This document shows positions 14,309-27,359 of a DNA stretch of 64,000 nt, piece by piece. Source of the DNA: the human T2T-CHM13v2.0 reference genome, Homo sapiens; NCBI RefSeq assembly GCF_009914755.1, contig NC_060936.1; one strand, written 5' to 3'. The stretch's first letter is position 1, and each line of letters starts with the position of its first letter. The translations under genes and the position numbers were made by a program. The notes under the pieces were generated by a model. That model did not search any database and was not told where the DNA came from. It saw only the letters and a program-made list of their open reading frames with translations.

Positions 14309-14590
14309 GGCCGGGCGCGGTGGCTCACGCCTGTAATCCCAGCACTTTGGTAGGCCGAGGCGGGTGGATCACGACGTCAGGAGATCAAGACCATCCTGGC
14401 TAACACGGTGAAACCCCGTCTCTACTAAAAATACAAAAAAATTAGCCGGGCATGTTGGCAGGCACCTGTAGTCCCAGCTACTTGGGAGGCTGAGGCAGGA
14501 GAACGGCGTGAACCCGGAGGCGGAGCTTGCACCATTGCACTCCAGCCTGGGCAACAGAGCGAGACTCTGTCTCAAAAAGAAAAAAAAAAA
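14309..14590 (+). mobile_element. AluY with ~16-bp internal deletion in the right arm
   Basis: ggccgggcgcggtggctcacgcc start; gagatcaagaccatcctggctaacacgg; TSD-like AAAATG(TT/-)GACACT on both sides. Confidence 0.95.
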
Positions 14591-15165
14591 TGGACACTAT
14601 GTGTAAAGATTAGAGAATAAGTGAATGAACACATCCATATGTTTTATTTAAATAAAATCTTGTTACCTAATTGTAATCTTTAAAAATATCATGTTTTAAT
14701 TACTTTTCTGACTAACTGAACAATTTCAGTAATCCAGGTGGCTCTTTCAAAATTGAGCATGGCTCATAGTCATGGCTTATGCCCTGGTTTATGCTTTAAT
14801 GCCCTGGCTCCTAAGGCAGAGCCTTAACGTTGTTCCTATCACTAAGGCTATTCTATAACCTTGTTTTCTTCAAATTCCTGTATGACAATTTAAGGCTGTG
14901 GGCCAGATGTCCCAGCTTGGTATACTAACTTATGTGATCCAGTCTGTCTTCCTGGTCCCACACCTGACACCATGCTTACATCTATCAAGTTCAGCAATCC
15001 TGTTGGTACAACGACTTGTTGCTGGAACTCCCTGAGAGTGCCTTCCTGAGCTGCCACTCTCACTCTAACACCTCCATCCCCGCTGTGTCACTTGACAGAT
15101 GGGGCTCCTTCCAAATCCCTGTAATTTTTCCTCAGGCTTTACCCTATCATGGTAAGTAAGCTTAT

Positions 15166-15553
15166 TGTCTTAGTCTGTTTGTGCTGCTATAACAAAACAT
15201 CTGAGACTGAATAGTTTATAAAACCAGAAATTTACTTCTCACAATTCTGGAGGCTAGAAGTCCAAGATCAAGGCGCTGGCAGGTTCAGTGTCTGGTGAGA
15301 ACCTGACCTCTGCTTCCAAGATGGTGCCTCGTTGTGTGTCCACTAGAGGGGCAAATGCTGTGTCTCACATAGCAGAACAGTGGAGGAAAGCAAAGGCACT
15401 CCCTCTAGCCTTTCTATAAGGGCCATAATTCCATCCCTGAGGATTCTGCCCTCATGACTTAATCACCTTCTAAAGATCTCACATCTTAATACTATTGTAC
15501 TGGTGATTCAGTTTCAACATTTCAATTTTGGGGAGCACATTCAAGCCACAGCA
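15166..15553 (-). mobile_element. MaLR solo LTR (MSTC/MSTD-like)
   Basis: tgtcttagtctgtttgtgctgctataaca...cacattcaagccacagca. Confidence 0.8.
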
Positions 15554-16481
15554 CCCACACTGCTTCCATGTCCTCACATGGATTTCTCTTTTCCCATCGT
15601 ATATCACACAGGGCTACTCTATTCATAGAGAAATCTATCTTTTATTCACATGACATGCATTCAACAAGTATTTAGTGATTTAGCAAGTGGCCATTACATA
15701 CCAGGTACTGTTCTATTAGGAAATATGAGAGTATGTAGTTCTAGCCAAGTAATGTCCTTGTTAACACATATGCATTTTTGTGAAACACACAAACCCAAAG
15801 ATAAAGTCCAAGTCTTTCCCTTAATAAACAAAAAAGGGTCAGAATATAGAAATGACTTCCAAAGTATCCTCTCTTGCGTTTTTTTTCCTTTCAGTCATCC
15901 GTGGGTCTATCTGTGCTTTAATAATGCTTCCAATCCAGTTCAGATCACTTTTCAGTCCTACCAATAATATTACACCCTGATCCTGATAGTACAAACTGTT
16001 ACATTTTCCACTTCACAGATCCCAATCTGCACCACTGATTATGAAACAAATATTCTTTGTTCCTGAATGACTGTAGATGTGGTGGAGAGTACCAAAGGGT
16101 CACAGCCTCTCTCACACTAAAAACAAGAATAAAGCAGTGAGTTGCCCTCTCTCAATTCAAACAGCTGTAAACCCAACAAGTACATGGCCTCTAATTCTCC
16201 TACTCCTGGAGGAAATCTCTTGACTGCACTTACATTTAGGCCACTAAGGAGAAAAAACCTACCCTCAAATGAATATATCAGCACACAATAGAAATACACA
16301 ACAAAGTAAAATATTTAATAAATTGTTTGAGGTAAATCATGAAAGTATAACCCTAAAAACCCCAAAATAGACATAGCATTGAATCCTTTGAAGACTCAAT
16401 TTACAGTCCATCTCATGTGTTCAGTTATAAGTTACGAAAACAGTTACCTCTAAAATATTGTTAAATAATCAAATGGGTCCA

Positions 16482-16868
16482 TGATATGGTTTGGCTGTGT
16501 GTTCCCACCCAAATCTTATCTCTCATTGTAATCACCATGCATCCAGGTAGGGACCTGTAACCTGCATGTGTCAAGGGAGGGAAGTGACTGGATTGTAGGG
16601 AGGTTTACCCCATGCTGTTCTTGTGATAATGAGTGAATTCTCATGAGATCTGATGGTTTTATAAATAACACTTTTTCCTGTGCTCTCACTTCTCTTTCCT
16701 GCTGCCTTGTGAAGAAAGTGCTTGCTTCTCCCTTTGCCTTCTGCCATGATTGTAAGTTTCCTGAGGCCTCCTCAGCCATGTGGAACTGTGAGTCAATTAA
16801 ACCTCATTCCTTTGTAAATTTCCCAGTTTGGATATTTCTTTACAGCAGTGTGAAAATAGACTAATACA
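16482..16868 (+). mobile_element. MaLR solo LTR (THE1D/MSTA-like)
   Basis: TG...CA termini tgatatggtttggc...gactaataca; ttctgccatgattgtaagtttcctgaggcctc core. Confidence 0.9.
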
Positions 16869-17136
16869 CTCCCCATGCTCCATTCTTATTGTGAGCATTT
16901 TTTTCTTTCTCTGAAAATTAACTTTATACCAAAAAATAGATTATGATGTTATAGATAAAAACATTTCAGGGATGTAGAACATTATCAATCAAAAGACGCT
17001 GAAAAGAGAAAAGGAAAGTTATAGGGATTCATATTGGGACAAAACACATTTACCATCACAAAGTAGAACTTGCTTGGTATTGAGTACTTTTTGAGTACAT
17101 TCCAAAGTTCATTATCATGAATTGTATTTGAGAAAG

Positions 17137-17598
17137 TGGAAGGCAGTTCTCTGGGTGGCCTTGGACTGACCCAGTTCTCCCCCCACCATTTCTTGCTTAT
17201 AGTTCTCAAGAATAAGTATGAAATAGGCTGGGAATTCAACATCCTGAGGTAAGGGGGAATTGGCCAGAACAGCCCGGGCTTTGTTTCAGTCTACCCTGGA
17301 AATGAGATGTTCGTTAATGCTGTAGCCTCTGACGGTGAGGCATTGTCCCTTAGGTATATAATTGGGAGTGGGCTGCCTTTCAGGGTCCCTCAGCTCCGGT
17401 GTAAGTCAGGCAAGTGCAGGCAAAATACCATTCACTGTGGTCAGCTTTTTTGAGCCTTGGTGAATCCTATGCTTCTGTTGTCCCTCACTGCCTATCTGTA
17501 AAAAATAAACTTGCTTCTTGTAACTTCTTTTGTGTGTGGATGTTCTCTCTCACCAGGCTGAGATCAGTTGGTAACCTGTGCACAGTGAATCTGCCCAA
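17137..17598 (+). mobile_element. ERVL-type solo LTR, LTR47-like
   Basis: ggcagttctctgggtggccttggactgacccagttctccc start; TATA-like ggtatataa and AATAAA near 17504. Confidence 0.6.
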
Positions 17599-17769
17599 CG
17601 GAAATGGACCTATTGGTTCTCACATTATACTTTAATTGCAATTTTAGCCACATCTAGATCAAAAAAAAGATAAATAAGTGAATTTCGTTTTTGGCACACC
17701 AACCATTTTCTGCATCAAGAACCTTACTTTTATGCAGAGCTTAGCAATATCTAGTACTTCATCTGTATC

Positions 17770-18665
17770 AATTTTTCATTTTATCTACAATTACGTGTTG
17801 AGAGCTTCCCACGTGCCTGATCCTGTTCCAGATACTGAGGAGACTGTGCCGAATCAGACAGATAAGACAGCTATGTCCATGGAGCTCATATTACGGTGGA
17901 AATAAGACCAACAAATTAAAAAGTAAGCTATAAATGTGTGTGTTCTGAAGAAAATAAAGTGGGATGGCATGATAGAGAGTAATGAGAGAGTGATAATTTA
18001 AATTAAGTGGTCAGGGATGGCCTCTATTAAGAGTTGATATTTAAACAAAGGTACAAATAGAAGATGATCCTGGATGTGAGAATTACGGGAAGAGGGAATT
18101 AACTATTTTTCAGGTAGGGAAGAGCTAGGAGAATTTAGAAACCAAAAATATCAATGTGGCTGTAGTACAGTGAATATGTAGCAGAAATCATAAAAGATGA
18201 ACTTCGCAAGTTAGTTCAGAGCCAGTTCATAGAACTTTGTAGGCAACGGAAATAATTTTGTATCAAAGTATAATGAATAGCCATTAGATGGTTTAGACAT
18301 GTGTGTGGAAAATGGATGGGAAGAAATGAAGTTTGGAAGCTATGGTGCAGCAGTAATATGAGTAAGAGATGATGGCACCATGGAATAGAAGGCATAGTAA
18401 TAGAAAAAATACAAAATAGATACATTCGTAATGTGGTTTAGGTGCTCTAAACAGGACATGATTATGGTAGTCTGTGGGTTTAAAGGAAAATAAATAATTA
18501 AAGGATCAAAGATGATCTTAGATTTGGGGCTTCAGTACATGGAGAGATGGTGGCATTATTTACTGATATGCAAAGGTATGAAGGAGCAGGTGGAGTGCAT
18601 TTGTGTGTTTCAGAAATGTTACAACAGATGACACTGCTAGATTGCCAACTGGAAATATCAAATAG
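17770..18665 (-). mobile_element. L2 LINE
   Basis: gtggtcagggatggcctct, ttagatttggggcttcagtacatggagagatggtggcattatttactga are reverse L2 hallmarks. Confidence 0.7.
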
Positions 18666-19296
18666 GTGAAAACAATTATTTATATATTCTATATAATTTT
18701 GTATTTGTGTATGTCTCTAAACTTATGTGTGTATGTACATATACACACAAATTATGGTGAAAAAAAGGTAAGAAAAAATATTCTAAAGTTGGAAATGGGG
18801 AAAAGAGACACTTGGTGTTCTTTTAATCCAGTGCTGGCCTTGACTTTCTATTAACTAGGCCATTTTCCAACTCTGTAGGGATGGAGGCTAACTTACACAT
18901 TTGCTGTTGCTATTGTGTAAATATGAATATCATTTTAGTCTAGTGAAATAAAAAAAGTTACAGCATATTGCCCTGTAAAATATTAACCAGTTTTGTCTCC
19001 AACCTGGAAATCTTAAAATTTCTTTATTAAATTGCATATTATATTAATACATGCATACATGTACACATATATAAACACACATATATATACAGTTATTTTC
19101 TCATATGCTCTTTGGGTCAGTTTCAATATCTTGCTATTAATTAATGAGTTAAACAGAATCTTTGGCATGTGTTCATTTCATATTTGCCAGAGATTATTGT
19201 GTTTATCTTTTTGAAAATTATAATTAAATAGATATGAAGGTTAACATATTAATCTGAGAGTCACTGACATGTGGATGATAGCTATGAAACTGATGA

Positions 19297-19598
<302 letters not shown>

Positions 19599-20522
19599 AA
19601 GATTACATTTTTTAAAAGTACAGAAAAACATGTGAGAATAGTTTTGGTTCCAGAGTATAAGGAACATAAATATCATTTCACTATTTGTTTAGAAAAACTC
19701 TATAAGGTTTTGTTATGTTCATTTTTCATTTTTCTACTGAGTAAATTATGGCTCAGAAAACTTGGCTCAGGGCTTTGCATCTAAAAAATGTTAGAAAGCA
19801 AATGCAGCCCTGGTCAGTTTAACTCAAAAATTTATTTTTTCCACAAGAGCAAGATAATTCTCCAGAAGAAAATAGCTTAATTTTTTTTAAATAAAGCTAA
19901 TGGGCAATTTTGGCAATTTCCCTTCTCTTTATTCCCATCCCCCTCCTGGTGTGTGTGATTGCTATAATTTAGGCCCTGGATACTGCAGAAATATTTCTTA
20001 ACCTGTATAATCTCACCCTAAAGAGCCACTTCAAAATTGGTAAGTATAGATCATGTCAGAAATGCAAGTACTATCATGATATAAGGCATTTTGCTTTAGG
20101 CAAAATATGAAAAAAAACAGTTTACACATATTGCAATATTTTTAATATATACATTTATAATTTTTTTTAACGGAAAGTGCATTCATGAACTAAGTAGATG
20201 ATTACATTTTCCTCTTTTTAACTTAGGACTTTCCATTTTGTAATTATAAGTAAATGCATAACGACCATCGGTCGATCCTGAATCTAAAAGTATAATCAAT
20301 TACATCCATATGGAATTTAAAACATAATAACTTTAAAGTATTACTTCTTTAAGTGAAATAATTCAAAATGAGATTAAAGGCAATGCTTAAAGAACATATT
20401 ATGTAATGCAAATTAAATGTGTCATTATTACCCTATTATTCACCACATTTTTAATATGCATGTTCTTGTTATGCAGGTAGATAAAAATCATTTTAAAGAG
20501 CATAGAAAAATAATAAATCCCC

Positions 20523-20901
20523 TGTTATTAGTCAGTTTTTACACTGTTATCAACAACTACCTGAGATTGGGTTATTTATAAAGAAAAGAAAAAAAAAGAA
20601 AAGAGATTTAATTGATGTACAATTCCACATGGTTTTGGAGGCCTCAGGAAACTTACAATCATGGAGGAAGGTGAAGGAAAAGAAAGACACATCTTACATG
20701 GTGGCAGGAGAGAGAGAGTGGGCGAAGAAGGACGTGCCACACTTTTAAACAACCAGATATCCTGAGAACTTACTATCATGAGAACAGCGTGGGGGAAACG
20801 GCCCCCATAATCCTATAACTTCCCATCAGGCTCCTCCTCCGACATGTGGGGATTATAATTCCAGATGAGATTTGGGTGAGGACACAGAGCCAACCATATC
20901 A
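20523..20901 (-). mobile_element. MaLR solo LTR (MSTA/THE1D-like)
   Basis: ggaggcctcaggaaacttacaatcatgg...gacacagagccaaccatatca. Confidence 0.9.
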
Positions 20902-21729
20902 CCCCTCTATGACTTATACAATTCAGTAATAAAGAATATTAAACAACTGAAAAATATACTTTATTCAAGAAGCAGCAATGATTGAAAGTGATTGAAAATA
21001 ATAAATCATATTGCCCAAATGAAAGTTTTAAAATATAATACCAATTATATTGAAAACGATACATTTAGCTAGATGTTGGATCATTACTTTACATATATAT
21101 ATCTCCTTCTAATAAATCACAACCCTTTGAGGGCAGGCAAGGATCATAATGATACTCATCTGTGAGTTTCCAGAGCACATAGGGAGACTCTCATACAAAT
21201 ACATTAATGTAGTCTATGTCCTACATATCATAAATCCATAGCCTAAATCTTACTAGAACTCTAAAAATATAACATTACAGAATAAAATTCAAATTTTGAC
21301 CATTTTTTACCTTTTAGAGATGTTTACTAATTATTTTTTAACCATTATGCATTATTAAAATAAAGCAAATCAAGGTTGGAATTTGGCTGCTCTAAACTAG
21401 GCATAAAATATTGAAATATAATTGTTAAAGGTATGGAATATGTAAATGTTCAATACAATAAATAAGCAAAAATTTAAAAACTGTAACTTTATTTCTTCTT
21501 CTTATTTCATGTCTTTATTTTAAAAGAATCAACAACACAGAACCAGATGCTGAAGGTCTATAATGCTTTATTCCCATTTAGGTGAACTGTAAACTATTGC
21601 ATATAATGTGAAAAATTCAAACTAGGGAATTTTATAAAAACAATGAAGGTCATATGTAAGTTACACCATTAGAGAAAATTAAATATCTAAAGTTTACTGT
21701 AATTATTCACAAGTTATAATTAGATTATA

Positions 21730-23980
21730 CCTCCTTGGTTAGCTATATTCCTAGATATCTGATCTGCTTTGTGGCTATTGTAAGTGGGATTCTTTTCTTG
21801 ATTTCACTCTCAGCCTAGACGGTGTTAGTGTGTGGAAATGTTACTGAATTTTGTACCCCTATTTTGTATCCTAAAGCTTAACTAAAATTGTTTATCAATT
21901 CTAGGAGTCTTTAGGCAGAATACAGGATTTTCTAGGTATAGGATCATATCCTCAGCAAAGAGAGATAGTTTGACTTATTTTCCTATTTTGGTGGATTTTA
22001 TTTATTTTTCTTGCCTGACTGCTCTGGCTAGGACTTCCAGTACTATGTAGAATAGAAGTGGTGAGAGTAGGCATCCTTGTCTTTTTCCAGTTCTCAAGGG
22101 AAATGGTTTGAGCTTTTACTCATCCAGTATGATGTAGTCCGTGGGTGTGTCATGCATAGCTGTTATCATTTTGAGGTATGTTCCTTTGATGCCTAGTTTC
22201 TAGAGAGTTTTTATCATGATGGGATGCTGGATTTTATCACATCATTTTCCGAGTATTGAGACGATTATATTGTTTGATTTTTTTATGCAGTGAATCACAT
22301 TTATTGATTTGCCTATGTTGAACCCGCCTCACATCTCAGGAATAAAGTCCAGTTGATCATGCTGTATTAACATTTTGATGTGCTGCTGGATTCAATTTGC
22401 TACTTTTTTTTTTTTGAGGATTTTTGTGTCTATGTTCATGAGGGATTTTAGTCGGTAGCTTTCTTTTTTCATTGTGTCTCTGCCAGATTTTAGTATCAGG
22501 CTGATGCTGCCTTCATAGAAAGGATTAGAGAGGAGCCCCTCCTCCTCAACTTTTTGGAATGATTTTAGTAGAATTGGTATATTTTTTTTCTTTTTATACA
22601 TCTGGTAGAATTTGGCTGTAAATTCACCTGAACCAGGGCTTTCGTTATGGTTAGCAGGTTCTTTATTACTGATTCAGTTTCAGAAGTTGATACTGGTCTA
22701 TTCAGGGTTTCAATCTCTTCCTCATTCAATCTTGGGAGATTGTGTGCTTCCAGGAATTTACCCATTTCCTCTAGATATTCTAATTTATGTGCATAGTTGT
22801 CCACAGTCATCTCTGAGTATATTTGGGTTCTGAGGATGTATTTGTGGGGTCAGTTATAATATCACCTTTGTCATTTCTGATCGGGCTTTACTTGGGTCTT
22901 CTCTTTCTTTCTCTTTGTTCATATAGCTAGGAGGCATATCAATCTTATTTATTTATTTGAAAAACCAATTCTTGGTTACGTTGATCTTTTTATAGATTTT
23001 TACGTCTCAATTTCATTAAGTTCTTTTCTAATTTTAGTTATTTATTTTCTTCTGCTAGCTTTGGAGTTTATTTGCTCTTTTTTTCTAGTTCCTTTAGGTA
23101 CAAAGTTACATTGCTAATTTGAGATCTTTCTGTCTTGACAAAGGCAGTTAGGACTACAAACTTTCCTCTTAACACTGCTTTTGCTGCATCCAAGAGATTT
23201 TGGTGAGATTTTTCCCCTGTTTTCATATATTTCAAAGACTTTTTTATTTCTGCCTTAATTTCAATGTTTGCTCAGCAGTTATTTAGGAGCAAGCTGTTTA
23301 ATTTCCATGTATTTGTGTAGTATTGGGAGATTTGTGTAGTATTGGGAATATTGTGTAGTATTAAGAAATCAATAGGTATTGATTTCTATTTTCATTGCAC
23401 CGTGGTCTAAGAGTGTACTTGGTATGATTTCAATTTGCTTTGAATGTATTGATGCTTGCTTTATGAGCGAGCATGTGATCAATCTTAGAATATGTTCTGT
23501 GTGCAGATGAGAAGAATGAGTATTCTGTGGTCATTGGGTGGTGTGTTTTGTAGATGTTTCTTAGGTCTAATTGGTCAAGTGTCAAGTTGAAGTCTAGAGT
23601 TTCCTTGTTAGTTTTCTGTCTCAATGATCTATTTAACACTGTCAGTGGAGTGCTAAAGTCTCCTACAATTATTGTGTGGTTTTCTAAGTCTTTATAGGCC
23701 AAGAAGAAGTTGTTTTATAAATCTGGGTGCTCCAATGTTGGATGCATATATATTTAGGATACTTAAGGCTTCTTACTGAATTGTACCCTTTATCATCAAG
23801 CAATGTTCTTCATTGTCCTTCTTAATTTTTACTGGTTTGAAGTCTGATTCATCTAATATAACATTACCAACTCCTGCTTTTTTGTGTGTTTTCTATATGC
23901 ATGTATATCTTAATCTACTCTAACTTTTAGCCTGTGGGTGTCATTACATGTGAGATGAGTTTCTTGAATACAACAGATGG
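21730..23980 (-). mobile_element. Inverted 5' segment of an L1PA16/17-like element (ORF2 endonuclease to RT, degraded)
   Basis: Minus-strand ORF fragments IIVGDFSTPL...TYSKIDHML (23430-23702), LEEMGKFLEAHNLPRLN (22565-22810), [10 protein letters not shown] (22392-22601) are L1 ORF2. Confidence 0.92.
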
Positions 23981-23990
23981 CAGAGTCAAG

Positions 23991-25642
23991 ACAAATAAAT
24001 GGGAAAACATTCCATGCTCATGGATTGGAAGAATCATTATTGTAAAAATGGCCATGCTGCCCAAAGCAATTGACAGATACAATGCTCTTTCTTTCAAACT
24101 ACCAACATAATTATTCACGGAATTAGAAAAAATGATTCCAAAATTCACATGTCACCAAAAAAGAGCCCAAATAGCCAAAGCAATCCTAAGAAAAAGAACA
24201 AAACTTCAGCTATCACAGTACTTGACTTCAAACTGTACTATAAAGCCACAGCAATCCTAACAGATTGGTACTGCTACCAAACACAGACACATAGACCAAC
24301 AGATCAGAATTTTAAAAACTCAGAAAGAAAGCCACACACCTACAACCATTCTTTGACAAGGCTGACAAAAAAAGGCAATAAGAAAAGGAATCTCTATGCA
24401 ATAAATGGTGCTGGGATAACTGGCTAGCCATATGCAGAAGATTGAAGCTGGACCCTACCTTTCACCATATACAAAAATTAACTCAAAATGGATTAACGAT
24501 TTAAATGTTAAAACCTGAAACTATAAAAATCCTGGAAGACAACAAAAGACATACTCTTCTTGACACTGGCCTTGGTAAATAATTTTTGGCTAAGTTCACA
24601 AAATCAATTGCAATAAAAACAAATAGACAAGTGGGACCTAATTAAACTAAAGAGCTTCTGCATAGCAAAATAAACTATCAACAGAGCAAACAGACAACTT
24701 ACTGAATGGGAGAAGATATTTGCAAACTAGGCATTCGACAAAGGCCTAATACTCAGAATCTATAGGGGACTTAAATCAACAAGCAAAGAATAACCTCATT
24801 AAAAAATGGGCAAAGGACATGAACAGACATTTTGCAAAAGAAGACATACAAGCTGCCAACAAACGCATGAAAAAATGCTCAGCATCACTATCATCAGAAA
24901 AACGTAAATCAAAACTACAATGAGATACCATCTCACACCAGTCAGAACAGCTATTATTAAGAAGTAAAAAACAAGAGATGCTGGTGAGGCTGCAGAGTAA
25001 AGGGAATACTTACACACTGTTTATAGTAATGCAAATTGGTCCTGCCACTGGAAAGCAGTCTGGAGATTTCACAAATAACTTAAAACAGAGCTACCTTTTA
25101 ACTGAGCAATCCTATTACTGGGTGTATACTCAATGGGAAATAAATCATTCTACCAAAAAGACACATGCACTCACATGCTTATTGCTGTACTATTCAAAAT
25201 AGCAAAGACATGAAATCAACCCAGGTACCCATCAATAATAGACTGGATAAAGAAAATGTGGTATGTGTACACCATGGAACACTATGCAGCCATAATACAG
25301 AATGAAATCATGTCTTTGCAGCATCATGGATGGAGCTGGAGGCCACAATCTTAAGCAAATTAATGAAGGAAGAGAAATCCAAATACCACATATCCTTACT
25401 TACGAGTGGGAGCTAAACATTGGATACACATGGACATAAATATTGGAATAATAGAGAGTAGTGACAACTAGAGGGTGGAGGGGGAGTGAGTTAAAAAAAC
25501 TACCTATTGGGTACTATGCTCATTATTTGGATGATGGGATTCATAATCCAAACCTCAGCATCATACAACATTCCCATGTAACAAATCTATACATGTACTC
25601 CCTGTATCTAAAATGAAGGTTGAAGTAAAAATTATAATAATA
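23991..25642 (+). mobile_element. Sense 3' segment of the same L1 (late ORF2, 3'UTR, A-rich tail)
   Basis: acaaataaatgggaaaacattccatgctcatggattgg onward; ORF fragment DFKLYYKAT (24149-24427); shared TSD-like TAAT(T)AGATTATA at ~21717-21729 and ~25644-25655. Confidence 0.92.
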
Positions 25643-25904
25643 ATAATAGATTATAAAGCCTTTAATATGTCAGGTCAACAAACAGCTATTGACAGCAAAT
25701 ATATCATTAGCAAATGTTGTTAACTAGGAAAGCAAATATTCATTAAAATAAATTAAATTTGCATAGAAGCTAAATAACTTGTTAGTTTTAATGGTTTTAT
25801 CTACATCCAAAAATAATTGGAAGTTTCTCCTATCACCAATACTTTGTGGGACATTCTACTCAGATTTTCCACAAATGTAGAAACCAAACCTTATTTCCAA
25901 ATAC

Positions 25905-26090
25905 TATATGCTTAGTTCTTAGGATAAAAGTTGTATAGCTATATTAAATTAATGCATGTCTGTTATACCCACATAGAGCCTCTGATATCAGTAAGTCTGG
26001 GATGGGCCCTAGAAATCTGCATTTCAAATCTCATGAAAATCTGATTCCAGTACTCTGCAGAGCCTTCTGTGAGTAAAATCGCTACAGTCA
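25905..26090. mobile_element. MER5-type hAT MITE fragment
   Basis: tcagtaagtctgggatgggccctagaaatctgcatttc. Confidence 0.55.
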
Positions 26091-26185
26091 GTACCTAAAT
26101 TCTGCCTTTACCAGAAAGCTTCTGCACACACTTTTCTCATGATATTGACATTATAGAACAACAATTAGAAATCATCCTCCCCCCC

Positions 26186-26469
26186 TTTTTTTTCTTTTTG
26201 AGACAGGGTCTCACTCTGCCACCAAGACTGGAGTGCAGTGATCAAACCTACTGCAGGCTCCAATTCCTGGGTTCAAGCAATCCTTCTGCCTCTCGAGTAG
26301 CTAGGACCACAGGCGCACACCACCATGTTAGGCCAATTTTAAAAACTTTTTGTAGAGACAGGTCTTGCTATGTTACACAGGCAGGTCTTGAACGACTGTC
26401 CTGAAGCAATGTTCCCACCTCAGCCTCCAAAACTGCTGGGATGATAGGAGCGAGCCACTGTGCCTGGAC
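26186..26469 (-). mobile_element. AluJ
   Basis: gagacagggtctcactctg, tttgtagagacaggtcttgctatgtt J-type features; diverged with small deletions. Confidence 0.9.
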
Positions 26470-27359
26470 AATAATCAAAATTTCTTAGAAAACCAGACCT
26501 TCTCCATTTCACAAACTTTTATATCATTAACAATGATCCTTTGACTAGAACATAACAGATTTTTTTTTGTTGAAGTATTGAATAAATCCATGTTATCACT
26601 AGATCAGTCTTTTAAATAAAATTACTGCTTTAAACAGATCATTCTCTACATAAGAATGCTTAATAAAAAATACAACTTTATGAAATTCTAACTGGATAAC
26701 GTGAAACATTTTTGAACTACATGGAATAAGACATCACATGAACCACTGAACCCTTATTTGTACCAAGGTTGTGTTTCACAATTCCATAATTTTCATCTAT
26801 CAATCAATTTATATTTTGCAAATCCTTATTAGGAAACTTAATTCATCATAACCCTTTCTCATATGATACTTTAAAATCTTATTGTAAAAGACATATATGC
26901 ACATAAAGATATGAAAGTATGCAAGATAGTAGATAGCAAATTTGTAGTTTTATATATTTACATATGTGCAGTAGAGGGCAGTTAGCATACCTGAGTTGGT
27001 TTTAAATGATAGTTAGAATTAAATAAGCAAAGAGGGAAGAAGGGTTTTATAGACATGGTGAGTGAAATATAAGAATGTCAGATGCCTTTGAGAGTAAATC
27101 AAATTGACAAAAACAGAAGGTTTATAGAGAGTTAAAGTGTGAAATAAGTTTTAAAGGACAGCTTTTAAAAGGTAGCTGTGTTTTAAGAGACTTATGTCTA
27201 CCAGGCTGAAAGATCTGAAGTTTAATCTATGGGCTCTGTGTTTCCTTGATGATTTTGGTAAAGGTAAGTTGCCAGCAAATTGATGTGAATTAGGTGATGT
27301 CCAATATCTTTAAAATTGAAAATGAAATACTTTGCAAAACTGAAACGCATGTATTTTAC

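Noticed and set aside
15338-15355. CCACTAGAGGGGCA CTCF-like motif
   Set aside because: The extra G breaks the GGC core and it lies within an MST LTR
16520-16590. Internal duplication in the THE1D/MSTA LTR
   Set aside because: Diverged copies, and I recall this as a subfamily-level variant rather than a locus-specific event
22392-24427. L1 ORF2 peptides as a functional CDS
   Set aside because: Multiple stops and frameshifts, inverted and truncated; retrotransposition-dead
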